DNA of 64,000 nt from Antedon mediterranea (taxonomy: Eukaryota; Animalia; Echinodermata), in contig NC_092670.1 in the NCBI RefSeq assembly GCF_964355755.1, positions 11,518,795 to 11,582,794 on the forward strand, read 5' to 3'. Shown in pieces: positions 35,501 to 48,330 of the stretch (within the stretch, counting starts at the first letter, position 1; each line of letters opens with the position of its first letter). Below the pieces are notes generated by a model. That model had not been told where the DNA came from, did no database searches, and saw only the letters and a list, made by a program, of their open reading frames with translations. The position numbers and the translations under genes were made by a program.

Positions 35501-38500
35501 TTATTCTTCATTGGAAAATGGCCCAATTAACAATATACAGTACAGTAAGTATAAAAATGAGACTGAAAAGTTCTAAATTCATTAAATTATCATTTTATTC
35601 TTTGTTACTTATACAATCTATTCAGTATTATTATTAATATTATTGTTTTTTTTTAATATAAATAATATATTTACATTTTTTATTCTAGAGTCATCCAAAA
35701 CTGGCAGAGAAATTAAAGTTAATGATTAAAGACTGGGCAGAAGATTTTAAAGGAGATTCTCAACTTAGGTAAAATAAATGAATCAATCAATTAATAAATC
35801 AATAATCAATCAATTGAACAATCAATAAATTTATCAATTTATAATCAATAATCAATCAATTGAACAATCAATGAATTTATCAATTTATAATCAATTAATT
35901 GAACAATCAATTATTCAATCAAATAATCAATCAATCAATCAATTGGCAAAGTGTCTACTTCATTCTGTAACTTTATGACTGCAGGATGCAATGCCAACGG
36001 CTATAAAGCAACAGAACGTTTAATTAATATGTCTTCTTAATTAATTAATTATAGTTTATTTAATTTTACTACTGTATATCTAAACATTTTATATCCTTTT
36101 TAGTTTAATTCCAACGCTATATCAAGAATTAAAACAAGCAGGGCATGATTTTGCACCAGATAAACAGGTAAGACAGTATTTAAATGCAATAAATCTGTCC
36201 TTGAAAGAAAATGTTTTATTATAATATAAACAAGGGTATATGAAAAAAAAAAAAAAAATAAATGGCAGTATAGATAGAAATGTGTGTAAAATGTTTGGAT
36301 ATTGATTGTAACCTTAGACAAACTATTTTTTATTGTTTTAGCCTACAAAGAGTACACCTGTTTCTAGTAACCCAAACGTAGTGTCTTCACAACAGGAAGA
36401 AGATGATATTGCAAAAGGTCAGTTAGATAAAAAATATTTTATGGTCCGCAATTTTCTGTTCTTGTGCATTTATGTAAAAGACTAGTCCAGTCGTAGAGGT
36501 ACCAACTTAAAAAAAGAATTACCTTGAGATTTATGAAAGGATGACCTAATTATAGAGGGTGTTAATGTTATAGAATTTGTAATATATCAAAACATAGAGG
36601 GGCCCTATGTTAAAGAAAATCCTAGTCATCGATATCTATAGTAAACAATAAGTATGCAACTCCATTTCCAAATGCAGAAAATGTGTTGGCAACATATTTT
36701 TGTCTTTATTTGTAAAAAAAAAGGAAATTGTTAGTGGGAGTATAACTCAAAACATTACTCAAATGTCAGGATATCAGGTTAGGTTTGTTGAACAGGTGAT
36801 TTGCCAAGACCAGTGGTTGCCTACAAGTACATACAAATGCTACTGTTATTTCTTAGTTATATGTTTTTATTCCGAAATTGTATATTATATTACTCATCAT
36901 TTTGTTTTTCAGCTATCCAACTGTCTTTAGAAGGTAACTCACCTAGCGCTGCCAGTAGCCTCTATCCCACTACCAACATTGCATCGGTAACAGCAAGCCC
37001 CCAGCCTAGGAGGGAGTCACGTAAGGTCAAAGCTCTCTACGACTTTGAGGCTGCTGAGGATAACGAGTTGACCTTTAAAGCGGGAGAGTTTATTAGCGTT
37101 TTGGATGATAGGTTAGTCATGTGAAAATCTTTTGCTAAAACTCTGTCTACACTTGTTTGACAAAAAAAAATATGATTGGCCCAAATATGGTAGTGATATG
37201 ACATCACCATGTCCATATATGAGCACGTCACATTTTTTTGTCAAAAAATATGATAGTGTAGACAAGGCTTAACATGTGGTACTTGGTTAATTAGATATTT
37301 GAGAGCTTGAACTCGAACAATAGCCTGGCGTTCATACCTCTAGACCACAGAGCTTGCGCTGATGGCTAGGGTAGGTGACTCAACTCTTTGGCTCAAAGCT
37401 ACTCCACAGTAGTTAATACATTTAACATTACCATGTAAACAACACTAGGTCTATTTGAAAATATACAATTATTTTTAATACTAGAATTACCAATTTTTAT
37501 AAAACTATCATTTAAACCCAACCCATTTATTTGAATGTTTACCTTAAATGTGTACCTCTTCCCTTTCTACTTTTATACATTAGATTAATATTCTTAATTC
37601 TCATATTTATTTGGATGTTATGTATCCTTGTCATTCAATTTTTTATATATCTGTATGTACTTTTATGTTCATCTTACTGTAAACTATGTAAAATTCAATC
37701 TCTGTTTACTTAGATTGCAATAAAGATTATTTGATTATTGATACTCTGTGATAGAATCTTGTTACAATTTCTTTTAAAACTTTTTTTTAGTGACGTAAAT
37801 TGGTGGAAAGGTGAAAATTCAAGAGGGGTCGGGTTATTTCCTTCAAATTTTGTTACTGCAGATTTAACAGCGGAAACTGAAGCTGGTAAGTTGGTGTTTG
37901 TAAATTATTATCCGCTTGCATTGCTTTTCATATATTGAATTTCAATAGTTTGTTTCTGTGGATCTCAGAATTAATATCAGTTTGCCAAAATTAATGACGC
38001 CCATGTTTGCAGAAAAAAATCACTTTTGAAATAAACTGAATAAAGTAGAACCCATGGGATCCACCAACAACTGAATATTTATTTATTTATTTATTCTTTC
38101 TTTTGACTGGATTGCATTTTCAGTAACGCAGTACTGCTTTCCAAAATGGTCCAGTTATAAGTTTAAAAGTAAATAAAAATTATAACATAAATACACAGTA
38201 GGCCTAATTTAAAAGATATATACAGAACAGTTAAAAACAAATAAAATATAAAAAATAAAATATTAAAAAAAATGTAGGACATAGATATATTTCCCGCCCT
38301 CCTTGTAACAGGAAAGTGTGTCCTCTAAATATGGTTGTCCCAAAGGAGAGGTTCTTCTCTTGTAGTAGGTTGATGGTGTAAGAATGAGAGTGATCTCTGC
38401 CAAACTTTTGGCACAGCTGAGTCAATACAGTAATTAATAACATTTTATCTTTTATAAAACAAAAAGATCAGAAACTACAGTAGTCATACAATTTCTTAAT

Positions 38501-41500
38501 CGTATGCTCTGTCTACACTATCAAACATTACGTGAGAAAAAAGTGATGTGCCCATTATATGGATATGATGGCATCATGTCACTACCATATTTGGGCATAT
38601 CACACTAGTTTGGTAGTGTAGACTAGCCTTTGCATTGTTTGGCATTTTAAGATGAAGTCTTAAGCTCTGTCTGCACTATCAAACTAGTTTGGAAAAAAGT
38701 GTGATATACCCAAATAGAGTAGTGATATGACATCATCATGTCCATATATGGGCACATAACATATTTTTGTCACATAAAGTTTGGTAGTGTAGACAGACCT
38801 TTACTGTTATTTTTGTACCAAATCATTCATTTCAGATATCAAAGCAAGAGAGAAAAAAAGTGTCTCCTTCGATGAGGAGGTCGAGGTTCGTGCAATTGAA
38901 TCAACTCCAATTGTGGTAACAATTGATGAGACTAAAATGGAAGATACATTAACAATGCTTCAAAATGCAGACCCGACGGAAGAAAGACCAGATCCAGCGG
39001 AAATGCTCGTTTCAGAAGGTAATCCATTAAAAAATGTCTAGTTTTCAGAAGTGGCCACTAAATGGAGGCAAATAGTGAAACAGCTTTGTTTGATGTTACT
39101 TGATTTCTACTGTATTATATTCACATCCAACAACAAGAAGCCTGCCACTTACAACACATAAAAATAGGAAACAAAACAAATAAAAAGTGTATATATATGA
39201 GCCATCTAGATTTAAATATATACCTCAATTTTACGTTTAAAACAACAAAGAGAATCATAAAAAATATCAATAGAATCATCTATAGAAACAAATGATTTAT
39301 AGAATTTGTAAATATACAAATAAAAAAACTCTGTTTAGAAGCATTGACTTGAGAGAATTGATTATTGAATTCACTTTATTCTAAAAGTACACATTTTAGA
39401 CTGGTGTGCAACCATAGGAGCCTTAAAGCTCTGTCTACACTATCAAACTAGTTTGACAAAAATGACTGTGATGTGCCCAAATATGGTAGTGATGTGCCCA
39501 AATATAGTAGTGATATGACATCATAGTGTCTATATATGGGCACATCACATTTTTTTGTCACATAAAGTTTGATAGTATAGACAGAGCTTAAATTAAATTA
39601 TTCTTTTCTTTAAACATATAAATATGTGTTATCAAAGTTTGTCAACAGTTTTATAATAGGTAAACATTGTATATTTTTTAATTCAGAAACTTGTAATCGT
39701 ATGGCGCCCCTTATAGACCAAGAACTTGAAAGAATCGACCGTGAACATGCGGACCTAACAGGATTGAATGAGAAACTAATTAGAGCATTTGACACATATC
39801 AGAAGTTAATGAGGGAGGCACCTGTGTATGGGTATTCATTAAGGGGGTCAGTTGGGCCTGGAACAGCTTACAGTTCTTTGCCATCTCAGGTATCTAAAGT
39901 TATACTTATTTAAATGTGTAAAGCTCTGTCTACACTATCAAACTTTATGTGACAAAAAGGTGTGATGTACAGTACCCAAATATGGTAGTGATATGGCCAA
40001 ATATGGTAGTGATATGGCCAAATATGGTAGTGATATGGCCAAATATGGACACATCACATTTTTTTTGTAGACACAGCTTGACAGGGTGTAAATTGAGAGG
40101 TTTGCTCAGTGGGTGCCATGTTGAAATAAGCTTTAGGCTAGGTGGAAGTCTTTGAACATAGGCGTTCCTGCCCAGAACAATTGCATCCATGATTTTTAAC
40201 ATTATGATGTGAAAAATGTCTAAAGAAATACCTGTATAAATACTAGTGTACTATAATGATAAAGAGTGAAAGAATTTTTTATTTTCAACCAATTTAGCCC
40301 AGTGGGTTAACTAATATACAGGGGCTCTCTTTAATAAAATATTGAAACAATTATTGGAAATTGTACCATTAAACATGGTCATGATTTCCCTGAGTGTGTG
40401 TGGATGAAAAACTGAATAACAAAATAATCATGTGTATTTTATTTTATAGCCGTATGGGTCCATGCCTCCGCCACAGTACATGCCGCATGGTGCAATGCAG
40501 CAAATGCCTGGCATGGCTATGGGAATGCCACAAATGGTAGGGCAACCTCAGAATAGTCAAGGTATGGCAGGGATGCCTCATGGTATGGTACCACCTGGTG
40601 TAGCACATCCAGGGATGGGGCCAGGTGCACCACCTGGTGTGCCTCCAGGTATGTCCACAGGTGTTGTACAAATGCCAGGTGCCATGGAACAACAAACGGG
40701 CCAGATGCAATATACATCAAGGTAAAGTCTTGAATTAAAACATATTGTGCATTATTTTGTTTTGTTAATCTTTATAAATTCTATTTAATTTAATTTTTAA
40801 TTGTTGAATGTTTATGTCTTGTCATAATTGTATTTTTCGTAAAATTGAAATAAATAAGAATTTACTCATATTTTCTATTTACTACAATAGAACCCCCCCC
40901 CCCCCCCCTTTGGGACACAATTATTGGAGGGAGGGGAACCCATTTTACTTATTTTTAAAAGAATTCTTGTACACTATTTTTTGCTGGTATCTATCTTCTT
41001 ATTGTACCTTAACTTATGTTGTTTTAAGGTTGGGAGGGGGGTCGAAGTCTTTTGTTTATTGGGCCGCGCTCCACACTTTTGTTTATTATATCTTGATAAC
41101 TTCTCTGTTGAAATGTTAAATGAAGTGTGGAGAAACAAATACCAAGTAAACAAATACATTGAGATGACATCCTTTTCATGAAAGAGACCTTTTCCTGATT
41201 TAACACTTCTGAAATAACCACTATTCAGAGAAGACTATATTGGGTACTTTATCCCTTGATTCCTAAGGTTTTACTGTAGTTAATATGACATTATTTATTT
41301 GCTATATTATTTCAGTCCAATGCAGAGCGGGACATACACACATCAGAGTACAGGTGTTCCTGGCATGTCAGTCCCTGGCAGTCTTATGAACTCACAGCAA
41401 AGCAGTAGCACAGTAAGCCTTCCCATGTCATCATCTAACCAACCGCCATCATTAGTTTCATCAGCACAACTCGGTGTTAGCAGCGGGAGCTCATCCTTGC

Positions 41501-41631
41501 CACCAATGCACACCACAGGTCACATGACCACAGATTTTAGCAACCAAGGCAACGCTCAGATGCCCCCATTTCAGTCAATGTCGCCACCTAACCAACCAGT
41601 CTATAGCCAATCACCGCAGTTTTTACTCTAA
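32525..41631 (+). CDS. STAM: Signal transducing adapter molecule STAM (ESCRT-0; VHS-UIM-SH3-GAT-P/Q/M-rich tail), 13 exons, 595 aa
   Basis: Exons 32525-32567, 33888-33972, 34398-34473, 35137-35232, 35689-35768, 36104-36167, 36342-36417, 36913-37111, 37791-37885, 38836-39018, 39687-39889, 40450-40721 and 41316-41631; phases consistent. Motifs [20 protein letters not shown] (VHS), EEDDIAKAIQLSL (UIM), [28 protein letters not shown] (SH3), [16 protein letters not shown] (GAT). Confidence 0.96.
37139..37269. mobile_element. MITE family A copy
   Basis: ctctgtctacact ... gatagtgtagaca. Confidence 0.75.
38506..38800. mobile_element. Two adjacent MITE family A copies (38506-38629, 38663-38800)
   Basis: Same TIRs; the second copy is flanked by TTA/TTA. 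Confidence 0.8.
39427..39588. mobile_element. MITE family A copy with TAA TSD
   Basis: taa-AGCTCTGTCTACACTATCAAACT ... AGTTTGATAGTATAGACAGAGCT-taa. Confidence 0.9.
39922..40078. mobile_element. MITE family A copy with an internal 21-bp tandem expansion
   Basis: ccaaatatggtagtgatatgg repeated 3-4 times. Confidence 0.75.
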
Positions 41632-43066
41632 CAGAAAAGACAGTAAATAGAATATACTTCGGAATAGTTCATTATGCGGTAGGGTATAAATACATATTTA
41701 TGGATGATTAATATTGAATAACTAAATCATGCGTCAGTTTTATTATTATGTGTTTTTAAGCATTATTATTTATTTATTTGTGATGAATATGGTAATTTAG
41801 TATAAAAGAGAGGAACATATTAATTTTTTTATTATATTGAAGTATACTGTAATATTATTAGTGTACTGTAACATAACCCTAATACACAGAAAAATATTAC
41901 TGCAGTAATTGCAATATTTAATGCAGCATTAAATTATATATTACTGCATGAATATTATGTATTCTTATTTCATATTATAAATAGAAATACGGAACGGAAG
42001 CATAATGTTTATTTTTCATATACACATTTACAACAGCCCAGGTTTCTCTGTTTTTGAATTAATTAATAATATGTACATCAATGGTGGTAAACCAGTATAT
42101 AAGTTTAGAAATGTCACGTGAATTCAGATAATTATTATAAATATGCACTTGACTTCCAGAAGCATGGGTGTGTCCAGGATATTCAAAATGAGGGTATGCT
42201 AATAGTAACATAGTATAAATAGTCTGTCAAAAATAAAAAAATCAAAAATTAATTTTATAATTTAGCTGTCAAAGGATCACATGCTTCAAGTGACCTCTTA
42301 CGCCCCTCTGGATCCACCCCTGAGAATTGATCTTATGTCTGGCTGCGACAAATACCCACAGTGCTGTACTATGTACATATTCTCTGTGGCGTGCGGCGTA
42401 TGTTAAGGGGCAGATCATGTTGAAGCCACAGATAAACCCTTTGATCTTGAGTTCAGCATCCTGTTGTTAGACTGCCTTGGTCAAATAAATAAGGTTGAAA
42501 ACTTACCCTCCTTTGCCTTTCTCTAATAATAACCCTTCTAACCGTGGTTGAATAACTTTGTGCCTGCCCCCAACCCTACCACCTTCTGCCGCCTATATTA
42601 TATAAGGTGAAAGAAAGAGCTTCTAGAAAAGATTTTCCCATCTTCCGTGTCCTTCCCTCCCCTTTGCTAATCACATCCAAAATAAATTCATTTTTTATTG
42701 TTATTATTGAGAAAGGTATCATTACAAACATGAAAATGTAAATCTATCTGCTAAATATGTAGATAAAATTAAGAAATATAGAGGTCTAAATAAGATAAAA
42801 TTAAAAAATAGAAAATGCCACCAGTTTAAGTTAAACTGAAAAAAATAAATAATACCACACTTGAATATTTTCATTTTCAAAATGTAAATAAATTGTAATT
42901 AATATACTATTGTTGTCAAATAAGTCGTTTTGGTTTTTTAAATGGCAATAGGGACAATATTTTAATTGTTAAAATGAGTTTTATGTGTCTCTCCTAATAT
43001 ATTGTTTGGTGGGATATTTGCTAGTGTATTTTTTGTTATTTGTAATCAAACACACACTTACATTAC

Positions 43067-43197
43067 GCTCTGTCTACACTATCAAACTAGTTTGACAAAA
43101 AAATATGATTGGCCCAAATATAGTAGTGATATAATATCATCATGTCCATATATGGGCACATCACCTTTTTGTGACATAAAGTTTGATTGTGTAGACA
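43067..43197. mobile_element. MITE family A copy
   Basis: gctctgtctacactatcaaact ... agtttgattgtgtagaca. Confidence 0.8.
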
Positions 43198-45361
43198 AGT
43201 ATACAGTTACAATAGAACCCCTACTTTGGAGACCTCTATTACACTTTCTTATAAAACAGATGAAAGGACAATACAATGCAATACAGTTTGTTGTGTCTTG
43301 AAGGTGTCCCCTTAATAGAGTTTCCACTGTATATGTATTTTCACCAAGGGTTATGATTGTAATGAATGTCTTACTTTTATTTTCGGCATGGTCTCTATCG
43401 GAATATGGTCCTTAAATGGAGACATGCGGATGCTTTTGTTATTTATACAGTTTTGGGTAATATAAGTATTATATGGGCACGGTGGAGTATTAAATATTCA
43501 CCTTTAAGACGTGACTGATTTTAAGCATGCATCATAATGTTTGTCCTCTCTAGGCCTACTTTAGTAAGTTAAACACTACTGTGTTTTTACTAATGAGTAA
43601 AGTACAAATCTCACTACTGTAGGCCTATCTAGTTTATGCTTTTCCCGGTTTCAGCCTAAAAAAGCCTACAAACGTTTTTAAAACAATATAAAAAGAGCCA
43701 TATAATATAAAACCGGTGGAAGCACACAAACTGCAGTAAAATGTTTTCGACGGACGGAAGAAAGACGTATACGCAATGCAAGTAATTTGTGACCAATCAC
43801 AAGCGATGGATTATCCAAACTGTTGCATTGTCATTGGTTAACTCGCTTGTATTGCGTTTACGTCCTTGCGTTGCGTCGTAGCTTTACATGGGAAGGGAAC
43901 CACTCAAAGTCAACTACACATTGCCAGTAAAATTCATCTCTAATAAAACATTTATTTGCTCGAGTTTGAAGTGATATTTTATTGAATTATAAGTATCACC
44001 AATACAAAAGGTTACTATTAGTATATGTATGTTTTATTATCTGTGTGTATGCAACTGCTAAATGAATGCACTTTATATAATATACTATTCCAATTCGAAT
44101 ATAAGCCCAGCCTCAATGCATTTGTGACGGGCTTACACCTTAGGACCAAAATGGTTCCAGGAGGAAGGAAATGAATTCTCTAATATTGTCAATGGGCTTA
44201 TGATCGGGTCAGTATAGTATATAAATGGAAATTAATAATATTTTTATTAGTATATAACATTTTTTTTTCCAAAGAACCCAACAAATTGTATGTAATTATT
44301 ACCATATTAACATGATTTCTATTAAATGAAAGCGGAGAAAATAAGAGTCTGAAACCATGTGTGTGCTTTTCTATATCTTGTAAATGTGGGCATGAGGAGG
44401 ATTTGGATGGGTGTAGGTTGTTGGAAATATAATGTACTGTACTAGAACATCTGCTTCAAATTGACCAACCTATCGCCCACGCTTGGTATGGACTTTCTGC
44501 TGTGCTCGAACACTTCTTTTCTATTTCAAAAAAGAAATATATATACTATAAAGCCCTATAATGTTCGTGTGATAGCAGCGCAGACTTATACAGTATGTCA
44601 CGCAATGTCGGTGGATCTTATATTCTTTATTGGTATCACGTAAACTACATTATAATGAAGTTGACAGTAAATATTCAGAATAGGCCTATTTTACGAGAAA
44701 AAACTAACATGCGGAATCACATTTCTAAAAAAACCAAATACAATACAAACTAAATTCAAATTTAAAAAAGTATCCAATAAAGGAATTAAATATCATTTGA
44801 TTGCATTTTTTTAAATACAGTAAATCTTATTTCATATTTAAATATTACACTAATTGCTTGGTTTTGGTGTAATTGCGAACTTATTAACACTTTTAACATT
44901 GACATGGTACTAGCATAACTTACAATAAAAATATGATGATGATCATGAAGACACATTTAAGAAAGTATTCATTAAAACAATTGAATTAAACAGTACAAGT
45001 AAGTTTTTTAATTTTAAATATTGCACTAATCTAATGTAAATGCACTAAATTAATCTTAGTGCTAATTAGAGTGTATCTGTAAAGTTGAATTATTTTCAAA
45101 TATTGCACTAACATAAATACACTAAACTTTTACTTATTACATGTTGGATTGTATCAGTAAAGTTTATTTTAGTTTGCACTTGTACAGGCAATACACTAAA
45201 TTTAATGTAGGCCTAACACACCTACATTATTGCAAACATGTTCAATAATGAAATATTTATTGTTACTGTTCTATCAAAATAATTTAAAAACGATAAATTA
45301 ACTTTACAAATCGATAATCCTCAAACACTCCGTGAAACGTGATAAAGTTAAACAAGATATT

Positions 45362-47075
45362 CTAACAACACCGCGGCCAATACCACGAACCACCATCAGG
45401 ACCACCACGGCCGTCCTGTTTTGAAGTGTTTTCTTCTAGTTTAATGATTTCGTTATCATCTTGTTCTGGTTTTTGGGCGAGGGCACTCTTTGCAATCGTT
45501 TGGAAAGCTTCCTTGACTTGAATGTTATTCTTGGCACTGGTTTCAAAATAAGGAATGCTGTACTTCTTACACCAAGTGTGTGCCATTTGTTTAGTTACCT
45601 GTAAAATACGTCACTATCAATCAAAATTACATATTGAGAGAAATTAACAGTGAACATGGTTGAGCAATGTAATAAATAGCAGCATATCTTTTCAATACAT
45701 ACCACTGTACGGTTTTTCAAATCGATTTTGTTTCCTATCACGACAAAAGGAATATCCGTGCTTGTCCGATTGAGGACCTCTGTGTAATAACTTTCAAGTG
45801 ATTCAAAGGATCTGCTGTTACTTCTGTCTGAAGTTACATCAAATACTAAAACGCAGCCGTGAGCTTTACGAAAGAATGTAGTTGGTAGACTCTTAAACAG
45901 TTCTTGACCTGCTGTGTCCCATATCTAGTGTACCAAATAATGAAGAAATCATTGCTCTCGAAAAAAAGATTTTTTTTTAATGAAATCGCATGTTATTGTA
46001 AATTAATTTCCAACTCAGAGAATAGGTGTACATACTTCTATATTAACTGGTCTGTTGTCCACCAAAACCTTTGTTTCATTAATGCCTGTTCCTACGGTTG
46101 GGATAGATTTATCACTGAATGTGTTGTTGACATATTGGTTTATCAAGGCGGTTTTTCCAACACTAAGACAAAAAGAAACCCATCCTTTTTGAATTACAGT
46201 AGTAGTCATCACCAATCACAAATAAGTGTGATATTTAATTTTAATACAATTTTAATTTAAAAAAAAAAACCTATACAACTAAACACAATTAAGGAAATTC
46301 AGGAATTTTCCTTTAAATAGAAAGAATATAGGAAGTGTTTAAATTCGTGATGTTGCTTAATATAATAGTTAAGTGCATGTAAATACCACCACTGAAAGTT
46401 TCTTACTTATGTTCTCCAAGGAGAATGATTTTCAACAACACTTCCTTCATAATTTGTGTACCCTGCAAAACAAAAACATCATCACTCAATAAGCTTTCTA
46501 GTTTTAATATTCACCGTATTTATTGAAAAGAACTTATTTTGTGTAATTTACAGGATACCAAGATATTAAAAAACCATGGAACAGCCACAATGCTTGGAAT
46601 TATTTATGAATGTTGTATTATACTTTTAAAATATATACTTTCAGAAACTGGTAGACCTACAAATCAAGTTAAAGTTGGATTGCTCGCCGCCGTAATTGCA
46701 TAAATTACGAGTGCATCGCGGTTCCGTCAATCCATTACATACTGTCAATTTTTCTGCACTTACCGCCCTAGCACCCAAGATTTTCTTTTCGAAATCTTCC
46801 TTTCTTGAACTTGTCGTCAGATATTTAGATTGCACATCTTCTATCCACTTTTGCTCATTATCAAAATCTGCATCCGATTCTAGTGCAGAAGCTATCTTCT
46901 CATGGACTTTCATTACGCTGTTAAAAGCTGTAGTCAAACGGTCGAATAAGTTATTGACGGTGTTAATGTCTGTTGCCGAGTTTTCTCCTATTACTTGGTT
47001 CAGTCCCTTCATCGCTTGGGTAAAAGATCCCATCACATTTCGTTTTTCTTTATTTAGCTGATCTAGATCTGCCAT
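45362..47075 (-). CDS. Divergent Rab7-like small GTPase with a 104-aa N-terminal helical extension, 5 exons, 317 aa
   Basis: Exons 47075-46764, 46462-46407, 46162-46036, 45924-45703 and 45598-45362, GT-AG and in phase. G-motifs LKIILLGEHNVGKT, WDTAGQE, GNKIDL and YFETSAK; C-terminal CC. INQYVN, PFVVIGNKIDL, WC..IPYFETSAK and AFQTIA are Rab7-type. The GTPase part (from ATG 46450) is high confidence; the first exon is inferred from splice signals. Confidence 0.85.
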
Positions 47076-48330
47076 ATTGTTGGTTAGTTTACCTTTTACT
47101 GCAGCTGCATACGCAATTATTCCTCGGTTGCTGCCTGTCTGCTGGGTTTTGGAAAATTGTTGTTGGAAATTTCGATTTCACTATAAATAGGCCTAAATTA
47201 TCATATTCAATAGAAATTGATATGATATTATTATTCACTCTGTCAACCACGATCTTTAAAAATTACTGATTGACTGTGTTTATCATGTCATGAGTGAATG
47301 ATTTGTGATCTTTTTTCTATACGTATGTTTATAATATTTTATATACGAACTATTATATAATTGATAAAAAGGTTATAAAATATACAAAAATTACGAAAAA
47401 AAAGGACGATTGGATAATGGAGTATAATAATTATGTATGAAGATTAAACAACTAATCATTACTAATTGTATATGAATGTTAACGAATAAATAAAAAATGG
47501 TGGTTCAAAAGAGGAGAAAAGTATATTATTTTCCTAATTATACAGTAGGCCTATATTAACATATAATTATATCCATATTGGATTTGAAAGTGACCGCCAA
47601 AGTAGATTGTCATTATTATATGCAATCGGATATGAATCATACTGTTAATAACAAGAATACATTTGTGTTGGTCAATTCCTAAAAACTAAGCAAGCATTTC
47701 ATTTCAGCTCACCACCCAAAGACCGAACTCCGCAAACCAGATGCACAGCCAACTTTAAACGGGAAAGGAGACTACCTATTTTATAACGAATCGCAGTTTC
47801 TGACGTCACACTGCATATAAAACAACATTTGTTATATTATCCGCGTTTTTTAACCAAACAAATCACTAGTTCAAATAGATTAAGTCGGGCTGATGTCATT
47901 TTAGTATAAATGGGAACATATACTGTTTAGGATACAGAAATGATTGAGAGAGGCTAGGTTTTGGAATTGTACGCCCATTGAAAACATCTCGAAGTTATTG
48001 ATATAGCTGACAAGTTTAATTCATGAAAACATTGCAAATTAATCATAAAAGACCATATAGGCCTATGCTTTAATTGGTCTTCAGTTTTCTAACTTAGACC
48101 ACCAAACACTTTCGGACAGTAGTGGTTGTAGTAGTTGATGATCATGCAGTGTAGCAGAGCAACTAATGATGTTATAGCCCTGGTTTATAGTAGGTTTAAT
48201 TCGGTAACGCACGCGCATCTGACATCCCTATCATTAAAATCGGAAAAAAAATGTCCTAAGCATATGGCACATTTGACGTGCCATACTCTGCCGCGAATCG
48301 CGATCGTTTTTTTCTAGCGATCATCACAAA

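Noticed and set aside
40444-40720. His-rich antisense ORFs
   Set aside because: Shadow frames of STAM exon 12.
42328-42490. Inverted similarity to ~59950-60070
   Set aside because: Dispersed repeat of unclear class with unresolved boundaries; no evidence that the two copies delimit one element.
46641-46763. C-terminal 40 aa of the 144-aa ORF as a stand-alone protein
   Set aside because: It lies after a consensus GTAAGT donor and loses the helical pattern; most likely intron read-through.
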